In this document: positions 1 to 7,691 of the stretch, piece by piece
How the letters are laid out: each line of letters begins with the position of its first letter
Numbering within the stretch: the first letter of the stretch is position 1
Source: Elusimicrobiota bacterium
GTDB taxonomy: Bacteria > Elusimicrobiota > Elusimicrobia > UBA1565
Reading direction: 5' to 3'
Assembly: GCA_043819795.1 (NCBI GenBank)
Contig: JBDREN010000003.1
Coordinates: forward strand, 1 to 20,094
Length of the DNA: 20,094 nucleotides
Made by a program: the position numbers and the translations under genes
Notes under the pieces: generated by a model
Seen by the model: the letters and a program-made list of their open reading frames with translations, nothing else
Database searches by the model: none
What the model was told of the DNA's origin: nothing

Positions 1-402
1 CCGGACGATCTGGCCGACGAGGAGCCCGGCGCCGGTGATGAGAAGGGCAAGGGCAAAGGCAAGGTCGCGGCCGCGGCCGGGGCCGACCCGGCCTTCGCGC
101 TGCGCGACCTCTACGTGTTCCCCAACCCCGCGGTGGGCGGGACCGCGCCGACGATCCACTTGGCCGTGGGCATCGCCGACAAGGTGACGATCCGCATCTA
201 CAACGTCGCGGGCCAGCAAGTGCACCAAGCCACGTTAGAGTCCTCGCCCCCGGTCATCAACGACGGAAGCGGACCCAAGTACGCCTACGAGTACGCGTGG
301 GGCGACCGCATCCCGAGCGGGGTCTACCTCTACACGGTCGTAGCCGAGAAGTCCGGCGAGGCCGCCATCCGCAAGGCCGGCAAGTTCGCCGTGGTGCGGT
401 AA
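1..402 (+). CDS. C-terminal fragment (5'-truncated) of a secreted protein ending in a FlgD-Ig / T9SS type-A-like sorting domain
   Basis: Frame 1 is open from base 1 (PDDLADEEPGAGDEKGKGKGKVAAAAGADPAFALRDLYVFPNP...) to TAA at 400-402. Motifs: YVFPNP, IRIYNVAGQQV, W..IPSGVYLY and terminal KFAVVR. Confidence 0.85.
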   Translation, partial: PDDLADEEPGAGDEKGKGKGKVAAAAGADPAFALRDLYVFPNPAVGGTAPTIHLAVGIADKVTIRIYNVAGQQVHQATLESSPPVINDGSGPKYAYEYAWGDRIPSGVYLYTVVAEKSGEAAIRKAGKFAVVR

Positions 403-511
403 TCAACGCCGCAAGCCCGCCTTGCGGCGCTTACACCTTCCAGTCATAAGGAACTCCGTCCCAGCGCCGCTGTTGCCGTTTTAGCACCGCAGGGCAAGCC
501 TGCGGCGCTAA
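403..511. repeat. Pair of related palindromes in inverted orientation (REP-doublet-like)
   Basis: Hairpin 1: CGCCGCAAG-cccgc-CTTGCGGCG (407-429). Hairpin 2: TTAGCACCGCAGG-gcaag-CCTGCGGCGCTAA (481-511, one mismatch). The reverse complement of 403-433 matches 481-511 at 23/31 positions. Confidence 0.6.
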
Positions 512-668
512 TACCGCTGACATTTCGGCATCCCCGGGACAGCCCCCCTCCGCGAATTTCCGACGGGAGCCGAAAGAAAACTTGCCAAATGGTCGGTTTC
601 GGGCTGACAAAAATTTTTTGTGCTTATTTTTAAAGCGTTATTTCTATATCTTTGTCAGCGTGCTGTCA

Positions 669-718
669 TTGACTTTGGGCACATTCCGGGTCACAATGAA
701 AGTACACAGTATCAGGAG
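669..718 (+). promoter_or_regulatory. Sigma70-like promoter and RBS of porV-like copy 1
   Basis: TTGACT (669-674), 17-bp spacer, CACAAT (692-697). AGGAG at 714-718 lies 8 nt before ATG 727. An AT-rich tract lies upstream (610-650). Confidence 0.6.
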
Positions 719-726
719 CGTATGCC

Positions 727-1686
727 ATGAAAAAGCAGACCCTTCTAAAACACAGCGCCTTGATCCTTCTCGCGGCCGCCCTTTTGGCCACCCCAGGCTG
801 CCTGCTGATGGCGGCCATCAACTCCGGGGCGGCGTTCCTTAAAATCGGCACCGGAGCGCGTCCGAGCGCGATGGGCGGAGCCTACACGGCGATCGCCAGC
901 GACGTGGACGCCATGTACTACAATCCTGGCGGGCTCGCGAATCTTACCCGCCGCGAGCTGGGCGCCACGCACGCGGAGTGGCTGCTGGACACGCGCTTCG
1001 ACTTCCTGGGCTACGCGCACCCCACCCAGTTCGGCACCTTCGGCCTGGGCGTCACTCGGCTCGCGGCCGGGAATCAGGACGGCCGGGACGCCAACCGCCA
1101 GGCCACGGGCTCCTTCGAAGCCTCGGACGCGGCCTACACGGCCAGCTTCAGCCGCGCGGTCACCCCGGGCGGGATCCTGGCCTCGGGGCGCACGAGCCTC
1201 GGCGTGAACCTCAAGTACCTGCAGAGCCGCATCGGCGCCTACTCGGCCGAGACCGTGGCCTTCGACCTCGGCGCCCAGCACCAGCTGAGCGGGACCCCGC
1301 TGTCGTTGGGGATGTCGGTGCTGAACATCGGCAAAGGGATGCAGTTTTTGCAGCAGGTGGATCCTCTGCCTCTCACGGTGTCGGCGGGCGCGGCGTACCG
1401 CTTCGGGGGGACGCTGAACATCGTGCTGGACGTGAGGCACGAGGTCTACGACAAGAGGACCGACGTGGGCGTGGGCACGGAGTACGCGCTTCTTCCGAGC
1501 TTCGCGCTGCGGGCGGGCTACGCGTCGCAGTTCTCGGGGACGAGCGGGAGCGGGACGCTCGCGTCGCTGGGCGGCCTGGGCGCGGGCTTCGGGATCAACA
1601 TGAGGAACTACCGGGCGGACTACACGTTCACCCCGTTCGGGGACCTGGGCAACGTCCAGAGGATCTCGCTCGGCGCGAGGTTCTAG
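727..1686 (+). CDS. PorV/PorQ-family (UPF0164-like) outer-membrane beta-barrel protein, copy 1
   Basis: Signal-peptide-like N-terminus, family motif GAAFLKIGTGARPSAMGGAY...YYNPGGLA, amphipathic beta-strands, DY..TPFGDLG near the end, C-terminal Phe (GARF), good RBS. Confidence 0.85.
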   Translation: MKKQTLLKHSALILLAAALLATPGCLLMAAINSGAAFLKIGTGARPSAMGGAYTAIASDVDAMYYNPGGLANLTRRELGATHAEWLLDTRFDFLGYAHPTQFGTFGLGVTRLAAGNQDGRDANRQATGSFEASDAAYTASFSRAVTPGGILASGRTSLGVNLKYLQSRIGAYSAETVAFDLGAQHQLSGTPLSLGMSVLNIGKGMQFLQQVDPLPLTVSAGAAYRFGGTLNIVLDVRHEVYDKRTDVGVGTEYALLPSFALRAGYASQFSGTSGSGTLASLGGLGAGFGINMRNYRADYTFTPFGDLGNVQRISLGARF

Positions 1687-1704
1687 TCGGAGCGGCCGGA
1701 CACA

Positions 1705-1748
1705 CGAGGCGAGGAATCCTCCGAGGATTCCTCGTCTCGCGCTTTTTC
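1705..1748 (+). terminator. Intrinsic terminator-like hairpin between convergent porV-like and rluD-like genes
   Basis: CGAGGCGAGGAATCCT-ccg-AGGATTCCTCGTCTCG: 16-bp stem with one G-U pair, followed by cgcTTTTT. Confidence 0.7.
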
Positions 1749-1755
1749 CAAGAGT

Positions 1756-2691
1756 TCAGCGGACCGCCTTCCAGTATACCAGGAAGTCTTTGGGCACGCT
1801 CGCCGTGAACGAGACTTTCTTCTCCGTCCGGGGGTGGGCGAAGCGGATGCGATACGCGTGGAGCATCATGCGGGGCGGCGGCGGCAGGCCCAGCTCCCGC
1901 AGGCGCTCCCTCTCGCGATCGCCGAACGCCTCGGGGTCCCCCAGGACCGGATGGCCGAGCAGCGCCAGATGCGCGCGGATCTGGTGGGTCCGTCCGGTCA
2001 GAGGCTTGGCATTGACGAGGCTCAGGCCCCGCGCCGTCTTGACAGGGGTGAAAGACGTGCTCGCCTCCTTGCCCCAGGGGGACACCCGGACCCTGCGCCG
2101 GCCGGGAAGCCGGCCGATCGGAGCCTCCACCGTCGTCTTCTTCAAGTCCCCGAGCACGACCGCGCGATAGACCTTGTCGACGCGCCGCTCCCGGAAGGCC
2201 GCCAACAGGCTCCGCTCGGCTTCGGTATTCTTGACCGTCACCAGGACGCCGCTCGTCTGGCGATCGAGCCGATGCACGATCCCGCAGCGCGACACGCCCG
2301 ACTCGATCAAGGCCGGCCTGAACTTGACGAGGAATCCCGCGACGCTCGCGTCGCTGTCGGAGAGGGCCGCCTCCGGACGCTGGAGCCAGCTTTCGCCCAT
2401 CGGATGCGTCAGGATGCCCGACGGCTTGCGCAGCACCAGCAGGTCGCGATCCTCATGGATCACCCATCGCTCGAACGGGACGTCCGCCCACCCGGCCTCG
2501 CCCATGCGCAGGCTGAGCACCTCGCCCCCTCGCAGACGGAAATCCGGGAGACAAGCCGCGCCGTCCACGCTGACCAGGCCGCGCCGGATGAGGTCCTTGA
2601 AATAAGAGCGGCTGTAGCCGGAGAACCGGAGGGTCAGATACCGGTCCAAGCGGACGCCTCCGGCGTCGACGGTGACGCGCGTTTCCTTCAT
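1756..2691 (-). CDS. rluD: RluA-family 23S rRNA pseudouridine synthase with N-terminal S4 domain (RluD-like)
   Basis: Starts MKETRVTVDAGGVRLDRYL (ATG 2691 overlaps the lgt stop, ATGA). Motifs: KPSG, HRLDRQTSG (catalytic Asp), TGRTHQIRAHL, HPVLGD, LHAYRI.F.HP. The upstream part of the 756-aa track ORF is off-frame shadow. Confidence 0.9.
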   Translation of the reverse strand: MKETRVTVDAGGVRLDRYLTLRFSGYSRSYFKDLIRRGLVSVDGAACLPDFRLRGGEVLSLRMGEAGWADVPFERWVIHEDRDLLVLRKPSGILTHPMGESWLQRPEAALSDSDASVAGFLVKFRPALIESGVSRCGIVHRLDRQTSGVLVTVKNTEAERSLLAAFRERRVDKVYRAVVLGDLKKTTVEAPIGRLPGRRRVRVSPWGKEASTSFTPVKTARGLSLVNAKPLTGRTHQIRAHLALLGHPVLGDPEAFGDRERERLRELGLPPPPRMMLHAYRIRFAHPRTEKKVSFTASVPKDFLVYWKAVR

Positions 2692-3464
2692 GGCCGGCGG
2701 GCGCGGCGGACGATGAACGCCGCGGCGGCCAGGAGGCATCCGAGCGCGACCCATTGCGAGACCGACATCGCCAGGAAGAACCCGCCCCGGTCGTCGCCGC
2801 GGAAGAACTCGATCACGAAGCGGACCGCCGCGTAGAGGCCGACGTACGCGGCCAAGACCGTCCCCGGGGGAAGCTGTCCGCGCTCGCCCCGGCGCAGCAG
2901 CCGGTAGAGCGCCGCCGCGATCAGCCCCTCGGCCGCCGATTCGTAGAGCTGAGTGGGGTGCAGCGGCACTCCCGCGAGGCGGGGGTCCACGAGGCACTCG
3001 GGATGGTCGAACCGGATCCCCCACGGCAGCGTGGTCGGCCGGCCGGCGCAGCAGCCGGCGGCCAGGCACCCGAGACGGCCGAGCGCGTGGCCGAACGCCG
3101 TGGCGAGGGCGAAATAGTCGGCCGTTTTCAGGTAGTCGAAGCCGGTCCTCCGCTGATAGAGCCAAGCCGTGAAAAACGCGCCGAGCAGCCCTCCGAAGTA
3201 GACGAAGCCGTACCGGAAATCCCTCAGCAGGCGCAGGTCCCCGGCGAGCAGGTCCCGCCATTCGACGGCCCAGTAAAGAAGCTTGCCCCCGGCGATCGCC
3301 CCGAAGAACGCCGCGTAGACCACCCCCCAGAAGTGCTTCTCGCTGAGGCCCATCCTCTCGCGCTGGGTGTTCAGCCACCAAAGGCCCACCAGGTAGCCGG
3401 CGGCCACCAGGAGGCCGTAGGTCGCGATCCGGAAGTCGCCGAAGCGTATCAGGGTGGGAAACAT
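2688..3464 (-). CDS. lgt: Prolipoprotein diacylglyceryl transferase
   Basis: Multi-TM protein with TYG, GFVYFGG, GRLGC...GCC.G.P, HPTQLYE and RFVIEFFRGD motifs. Confidence 0.93.
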   Translation of the reverse strand: MFPTLIRFGDFRIATYGLLVAAGYLVGLWWLNTQRERMGLSEKHFWGVVYAAFFGAIAGGKLLYWAVEWRDLLAGDLRLLRDFRYGFVYFGGLLGAFFTAWLYQRRTGFDYLKTADYFALATAFGHALGRLGCLAAGCCAGRPTTLPWGIRFDHPECLVDPRLAGVPLHPTQLYESAAEGLIAAALYRLLRRGERGQLPPGTVLAAYVGLYAAVRFVIEFFRGDDRGGFFLAMSVSQWVALGCLLAAAAFIVRRARRP

Positions 3465-4100
3465 CTAGGGACCGACGAGTCTCCGGAACTCGTCCGCGCT
3501 GGCCCGGAGGCTGGCGCGGATGTAGGGATTGCGCTCGCGCTCGGCGCCGAGAAGGGCGCTCTTCTCGGCGGAATAGTCGTGGCCCGGCAAGACCCGTACC
3601 GCGTCCTCGAGCGCCGCCAGCCGGCGGAGGCTGTGGTACATCTTCTCGGGATCGGAGCCCGCCAGGTCGACGCGCCCGCAGCCCCCGATGAACAGCGTGT
3701 CGCCGGTGAGCAGGTGCCCGCGCACGAGCAGGCACTGCGAGCCCTCGGTATGGCCCGGGGTATGGATGCAGGCGATCTCCATTTCCCCGAGCCGGACCTT
3801 CTCCCCGTCGGCCGACTTCCTGAGGCCCTCCCCGACATGGCGAAGCGCGAAGGCGTCTGCCTCGTGCACGTGGACGGGAACGGCGTGCTCGCGGAGCACG
3901 GCCTCGACGCCGTTGATGTGGTCTGAATGGCCGTGGGTGAGGAGGACCTTCGTGATCCGGTACCCGTCGGCCCGTGCCGCCTCGAGCAGGGCCGGCACGT
4001 TCCAGGCGGGGTCGACGACCGCGCACTCCTTGGTCTCCGGATCGCCGATGAGATAGACGAAATTGGCCATCGGCCCCAGCTCGAGCTGTCTTACATACAT
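3465..4100 (-). CDS. MBL-fold metallo-hydrolase (glyoxalase II / ETHE1-like)
   Basis: THGHSDH (HxHxDH), HTPGHT, TGDTLF.GGCGR and PGHDY motifs. Likely start ATG 4100 (MYVRQLELGPMANF); an alternative GTG is at 4154. Confidence 0.88.
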   Translation of the reverse strand: MYVRQLELGPMANFVYLIGDPETKECAVVDPAWNVPALLEAARADGYRITKVLLTHGHSDHINGVEAVLREHAVPVHVHEADAFALRHVGEGLRKSADGEKVRLGEMEIACIHTPGHTEGSQCLLVRGHLLTGDTLFIGGCGRVDLAGSDPEKMYHSLRRLAALEDAVRVLPGHDYSAEKSALLGAERERNPYIRASLRASADEFRRLVGP

Positions 4101-4155
4101 ATCCCCGCCCTCGTCGAGAAGGCCGCCGCCTTGGTCGGGCCGGTCCGCTATCACG

Positions 4156-4464
4156 TCACTTGGGCGGCGGGAAGCGGTACTCGACCTCGCCGGGCCTCTG
4201 GAAACCCAGCTCCTTGCGCGCCGCCCGCTCGAGCGCGAGGTCGTCGGTGCGCACGGCCTCGATGCGATCCTTGATGTCCCGCTCCTCCCGCTCGAGGGCC
4301 GCGAGATCCGCCTTCAAGACGCGAAGGCGCAGCGAGTTCGAAACGAGGCTCCGGAAGCCCCTGTTGCCCAGCAGGACGGCCGCGACCGCCGCCGCGGCCG
4401 CGATGTAGAGCCAGCGCCGGCCGAACCGCTTGAGGAAGGCGGCGCGCCCGAACGCCTTAGGCAC
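4156..4464 (-). CDS. ftsB: Septum formation initiator, FtsB/DivIC family
   Basis: Single TM segment, then GNRGF, a coiled coil and [21 protein letters not shown]. Directly downstream of eno, a common arrangement. Start uncertain; GTG 4464 overlapping the eno stop was chosen. Confidence 0.8.
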   Translation of the reverse strand: MPKAFGRAAFLKRFGRRWLYIAAAAAVAAVLLGNRGFRSLVSNSLRLRVLKADLAALEREERDIKDRIEAVRTDDLALERAARKELGFQRPGEVEYRFPPPK

Positions 4465-5755
4465 CCGCCCCCACGCCCGCAGGTCGGAACGCGGCGTCGC
4501 CGGCGTAGCGCGCCCGGCCGCCCAGTTCTTCATGGATGCGCAGGAGCTGGTTGTACTTGGCGAGCCGCTCGGAACGGCACGGCGCGCCCGTCTTGATGGC
4601 CCCGGCGTCGAGGGCCACCGAGAGATCGGCTATGTAGGAGTCCTCGGTCTCTCCGGAGCGGTGCGAAATGACCGTCGTGAACCCGGCCTTGTGGGCCTTC
4701 ATTACGGCGCGCACCGTCTCGGTGACCGTCCCGATCTGGTTGAGCTTGATGAGGATCGCGTTGGCCGACCGCTCCCGGATGCCGCGATCGAGGCGCTCCA
4801 GGTTCGTCACGAAGAGGTCGTCGCCGATGACGCGGATGCGCCCCCCCAACGCGGCTGTGAGGGCGGAATACCCCTTCCAATCGTCCTCGGCGAGGGGGTC
4901 CTCGATCGAGACGATGGGGTGCTTCTGCACCCAGGCCGCGTAGCGCCCGGTGATGTCCTCGGACGAGAGCTCGGACCCCTCGAAACGGTACTTGCCGTCT
5001 TGGAAGAACTCGCTGGCGGCCACGTCGAGAGCCAGACGTATCTGCTTCTCGTAGCCGGCCTTTCGGACCGCCTCGAGCACCGTATCGAGGGCCTCGTCGT
5101 GGGAACCCAGCCGCGGCGCGAAGCCCCCCTCGTCGCCAACGGCGGTCGAGTACCCGCCGGCCTTGAGCAGCTTCTTGAGAGCCTGGTAGACTTCGACCCC
5201 CATGCGCATGGCCTCGGGGAAGGAGGAGGCCCCGACCGGGACGATCATGAACTCCTGGACGTCGAGGCCGCTGTCGGCGTGAACGCCTCCGTTGACGATG
5301 TTGAGCATCGGGGCAGGAAGCAGGTACTCCCCGTCCTTCATGCCGAAAGCCGCGCGGAGGTGCCGGTAGAGCGGCTCCCGCCGGCCGGCGGCCGCGGCCC
5401 GCGAGACGGCCATCGAGACGCCGAGCAGCGCGTTCGCGCCCAGCCCGCTCTTGTTGGGCGTCCCGTCCCGGGCGATGAGCTTCTCGTCCGCGGCCTGCTG
5501 GTCCGCCGCGTCCGATCCCCGGAGGGCCGGCCCGAGGACGTTGACGACGTTTCCGATCGCCTTCGTCACGCCCTTGCCGCAGTATCGCGCCGCGTCCCCG
5601 TCGCGCAGCTCGAGGGCCTCATGCTGCCCCGTCGAGGCCCCGCTCGGCACGGCGGCGCGGCCCACCGATCCGTCGTCCAGGATGACCTCGACCTCCAGCG
5701 TCGGAAACCCGCGGGAATCGAGGATCTCGCGCGCCCGCACCTCTTTGATCTTCAT
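4457..5755 (-). CDS. eno: Enolase (phosphopyruvate hydratase)
   Basis: [73 protein letters not shown]. Confidence 0.97.
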   Translation of the reverse strand: MKIKEVRAREILDSRGFPTLEVEVILDDGSVGRAAVPSGASTGQHEALELRDGDAARYCGKGVTKAIGNVVNVLGPALRGSDAADQQAADEKLIARDGTPNKSGLGANALLGVSMAVSRAAAAGRREPLYRHLRAAFGMKDGEYLLPAPMLNIVNGGVHADSGLDVQEFMIVPVGASSFPEAMRMGVEVYQALKKLLKAGGYSTAVGDEGGFAPRLGSHDEALDTVLEAVRKAGYEKQIRLALDVAASEFFQDGKYRFEGSELSSEDITGRYAAWVQKHPIVSIEDPLAEDDWKGYSALTAALGGRIRVIGDDLFVTNLERLDRGIRERSANAILIKLNQIGTVTETVRAVMKAHKAGFTTVISHRSGETEDSYIADLSVALDAGAIKTGAPCRSERLAKYNQLLRIHEELGGRARYAGDAAFRPAGVGAGA

Positions 5756-5823
5756 CGAAACGCCCCCCGTGACTCCCTCCTCGCTTCTCGAGGAGGACAC
5801 TTTCCCTCTTCGGGTACGAAAAT

Positions 5824-6020
5824 CCCCCTCGGCGGCGAGGGGGCTGCCCCTTCATTATGAAAGGAAGGCGCGTCCCCTCTCAGGGACGCCCCCCCTCAAC
5901 GGAGAGGGGGCCACCCTATATTAAAGTAACCGTGCCCCCCCAAAACCCCCTCAGCGGCGAGGGGGCCACCCTATATTAGAGTAACCGTGACCCCCCAAAA
6001 CCCCCTCAGCGGCGAGGGGG
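5824..6020. repeat. Four CCCCCTC-N6-GAGGGGG hairpins, three of them within a 55-bp tandem repeat
   Basis: Hairpins start at 5824, 5891, 5946 and 6001. Units 5891-5945 and 5946-6000 match at 51/55 positions. The last hairpin overlaps the pgm stop codon. Confidence 0.9.
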
Positions 6021-7493
6021 CTTCCCTTGTATGATCCGCTTGCCGGCTTCGACCATCCCCTTGAGCCCCTTAGGGTCGAAGGCCTCGGCATAAAGCCGGA
6101 CAACCGGCTCGGTCCCCGAGAACCGCAGCCCGAGCCAACGGCCGTCCTTCAGGATGAACTTGAAACCGTCGGTATCGTCGATGCGCCAGACCGAAGCGCC
6201 GGCCAGCTCCATCGGCGGCTTGAGCCGCAGCCGGTCGTTGAGGTCTTTCATCAGCCGGGGCCCCTCCAGCGCGAAGTTGATGCGGACGTTGTGGTAGGCC
6301 CCGTGCTGCTTGAAGAGCTCCTGCCGGATCTTCGCGAGGGGCTTGCCGGCGAAGGCCACGAGCTCCGCCATCAGCAGGCACGCCAGCACGCCGTCCTTCT
6401 CCGGAGCGTGCCCCCGGATCGAGAGCCCCCCGGACTCCTCGCCCCCGATCAAGAAGTTCCCGGTCCGCAGCAGCTCCCCGACGAACTTGAAGCCCACGGG
6501 CGTCTCGCGGACGCGCAGGCCGTGCGCCTTGGCGATGGCGTCTACGAAGTGCGAGGTCATCAGGCTCCGCGCGACGTTCCCCTTCCAGCCCTTGTTGACG
6601 ATCAGGTGGTGCAGCGCCAGCGCGAGCACGTCGTTGGCCGAGATCCACACGCCGCCGGCGTCCAGCACCCCGAAGCGGTCCCCGTCGCCGTCGCAGGCGA
6701 GCCCGAGATGGAGGCGCTGCTTCTTCATCAGGGCCGCCAGCTCCGAAAGCCGCTCCGGGGTGGGCTCCGGAGAATGCCCGCCGAAGAGCACGTCCCGCCC
6801 CTCGCGCAGGGCCGCGACGTGCACGCCCAGACCCTCGAGGAACGGACGGAGATAGCTCCTGGCCGCTCCGTGCATAGCGTCGACGCCGATCCTCAGCTTC
6901 GAGGCCTTGAGCTTCTCCGTGTCCAGGAGCCTGCGCAGCTGCTTGAAGTAGGAGGCGCGGAAATCCGTCTCCACGATCCATCCCTCCCGGAGGGCCTTGT
7001 TGTAGTTCATCACGCGCACCGCATGGTGCCCGCCGCTCGCCAAGCGGCGCTCGATGTCATCGGTGACCCCCGGCGTGGCCGGCCCGCCCCAGTAGGGAGC
7101 CCACTTGACGCCGTTGTAATGACCCGGGTTGTGGCTGGCCGTCACGACCACGCCGCCCACGGCCTTGGCCTCCAGGACCGCCCAGGCCACCACCGGCGTC
7201 GGCGTATCGCTCTTGGCGAGCAGCACCCGTACGCCGTCGGCCGCGAACACGGCGGCGGCCTCGCGGGCGAACTCCTCCGACAGGAACCGGGTGTCGTAGC
7301 CCACGACCACGGTCGGACCCGGGCCGTCGGCGGCCTTGCCGGCCTGCTCGCGGTAATCCTGGCTGGAGAAACCGAACTCCGGGTGCTCCTTGACGTGGCC
7401 CGCAATGGCGTGGATCAGCTTGCAGACGTTGGCGAACGTGAACTCCTCGGATATGACCGCGCGCCAGCCGGAGGTCCCGAATTTGATTGCCAT
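6006..7493 (-). CDS. Phosphoglucomutase/phosphomannomutase family protein (alpha-D-phosphohexomutase)
   Basis: IKFGTSGWR, TASHNP (phospho-Ser), CDGDGDR (metal loop), GGEESGG, R.SGTEP..RLYAE. Confidence 0.95.
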   Translation of the reverse strand: MAIKFGTSGWRAVISEEFTFANVCKLIHAIAGHVKEHPEFGFSSQDYREQAGKAADGPGPTVVVGYDTRFLSEEFAREAAAVFAADGVRVLLAKSDTPTPVVAWAVLEAKAVGGVVVTASHNPGHYNGVKWAPYWGGPATPGVTDDIERRLASGGHHAVRVMNYNKALREGWIVETDFRASYFKQLRRLLDTEKLKASKLRIGVDAMHGAARSYLRPFLEGLGVHVAALREGRDVLFGGHSPEPTPERLSELAALMKKQRLHLGLACDGDGDRFGVLDAGGVWISANDVLALALHHLIVNKGWKGNVARSLMTSHFVDAIAKAHGLRVRETPVGFKFVGELLRTGNFLIGGEESGGLSIRGHAPEKDGVLACLLMAELVAFAGKPLAKIRQELFKQHGAYHNVRINFALEGPRLMKDLNDRLRLKPPMELAGASVWRIDDTDGFKFILKDGRWLGLRFSGTEPVVRLYAEAFDPKGLKGMVEAGKRIIQGKPPRR

Positions 7494-7498
7494 GAGCG

Positions 7499-7531
7499 AC
7501 TATATATAGCATAAGAGTCCATCATTTTCAA
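7499..7531 (-). promoter_or_regulatory. Sigma70-like promoter of the pgm gene/operon, probably giving a near-leaderless mRNA
   Basis: Minus strand: TTGAAA (7531-7526), 17-bp spacer ending TGC, then TATATATAGT-cgctc-ATG. No Shine-Dalgarno sequence. Confidence 0.5.
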
Positions 7532-7594
7532 TGCTTTTCTTGGCGACGCCGAATAGCGGCCCGCGCGTCCGGCCGCAAAAACGCCTGTTTTCTA

Positions 7595-7674
7595 TGGTAT
7601 AATAACCTGGGTCCTTCGGCCTATTGCCGTATAGGCCGTTGGGTCTTGCGCTCACAAGAGCCCGCCCCTATACT
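7595..7674 (+). promoter_or_regulatory. Two candidate promoters and an inverted repeat upstream of the orphan secreted protein
   Basis: Extended -10 TGgTATAAT (7595-7603); TTGCGC-17bp-TATACT (7646-7674); CGGCCTAT-N6-ATAGGCCG (7617-7638). Confidence 0.55.
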
Positions 7675-7691
7675 ATGGGGACGAAAGGCCT

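Noticed and set aside
727..810. Lipoprotein signal in porV copy 1 (ATPGC)
   Set aside because: T-P-G-C does not fit the [LVI][ASTVI][GAS]C lipobox. A signal peptidase I cleavage near LMA|A is more plausible for a beta-barrel.
582..851. Small ORFs 582-842 (+) and 666-851 (-)
   Set aside because: They overlap the promoter and start of porV copy 1 and have no RBS or recognisable motif.
1756..4026. 756-aa ORF as a large RluD fusion
   Set aside because: The first 445 codons are Arg/Pro-rich off-frame readings of the MBL and lgt genes. The real start is ATG 2691.
5824..6020. CRISPR array
   Set aside because: The would-be spacers are near-identical to each other, spacing is irregular (67, 55, 55), and there are no cas genes in the window. 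It is a tandem repeat.
4430..7514. Long plus-strand ORFs (4430-5860, 6027-7514), and likewise 745-1440, 1834-2835, 2754-3926 and 10817-13066
   Set aside because: Antisense mirrors of well-supported genes, expected in high-GC DNA, with no recognisable motifs.
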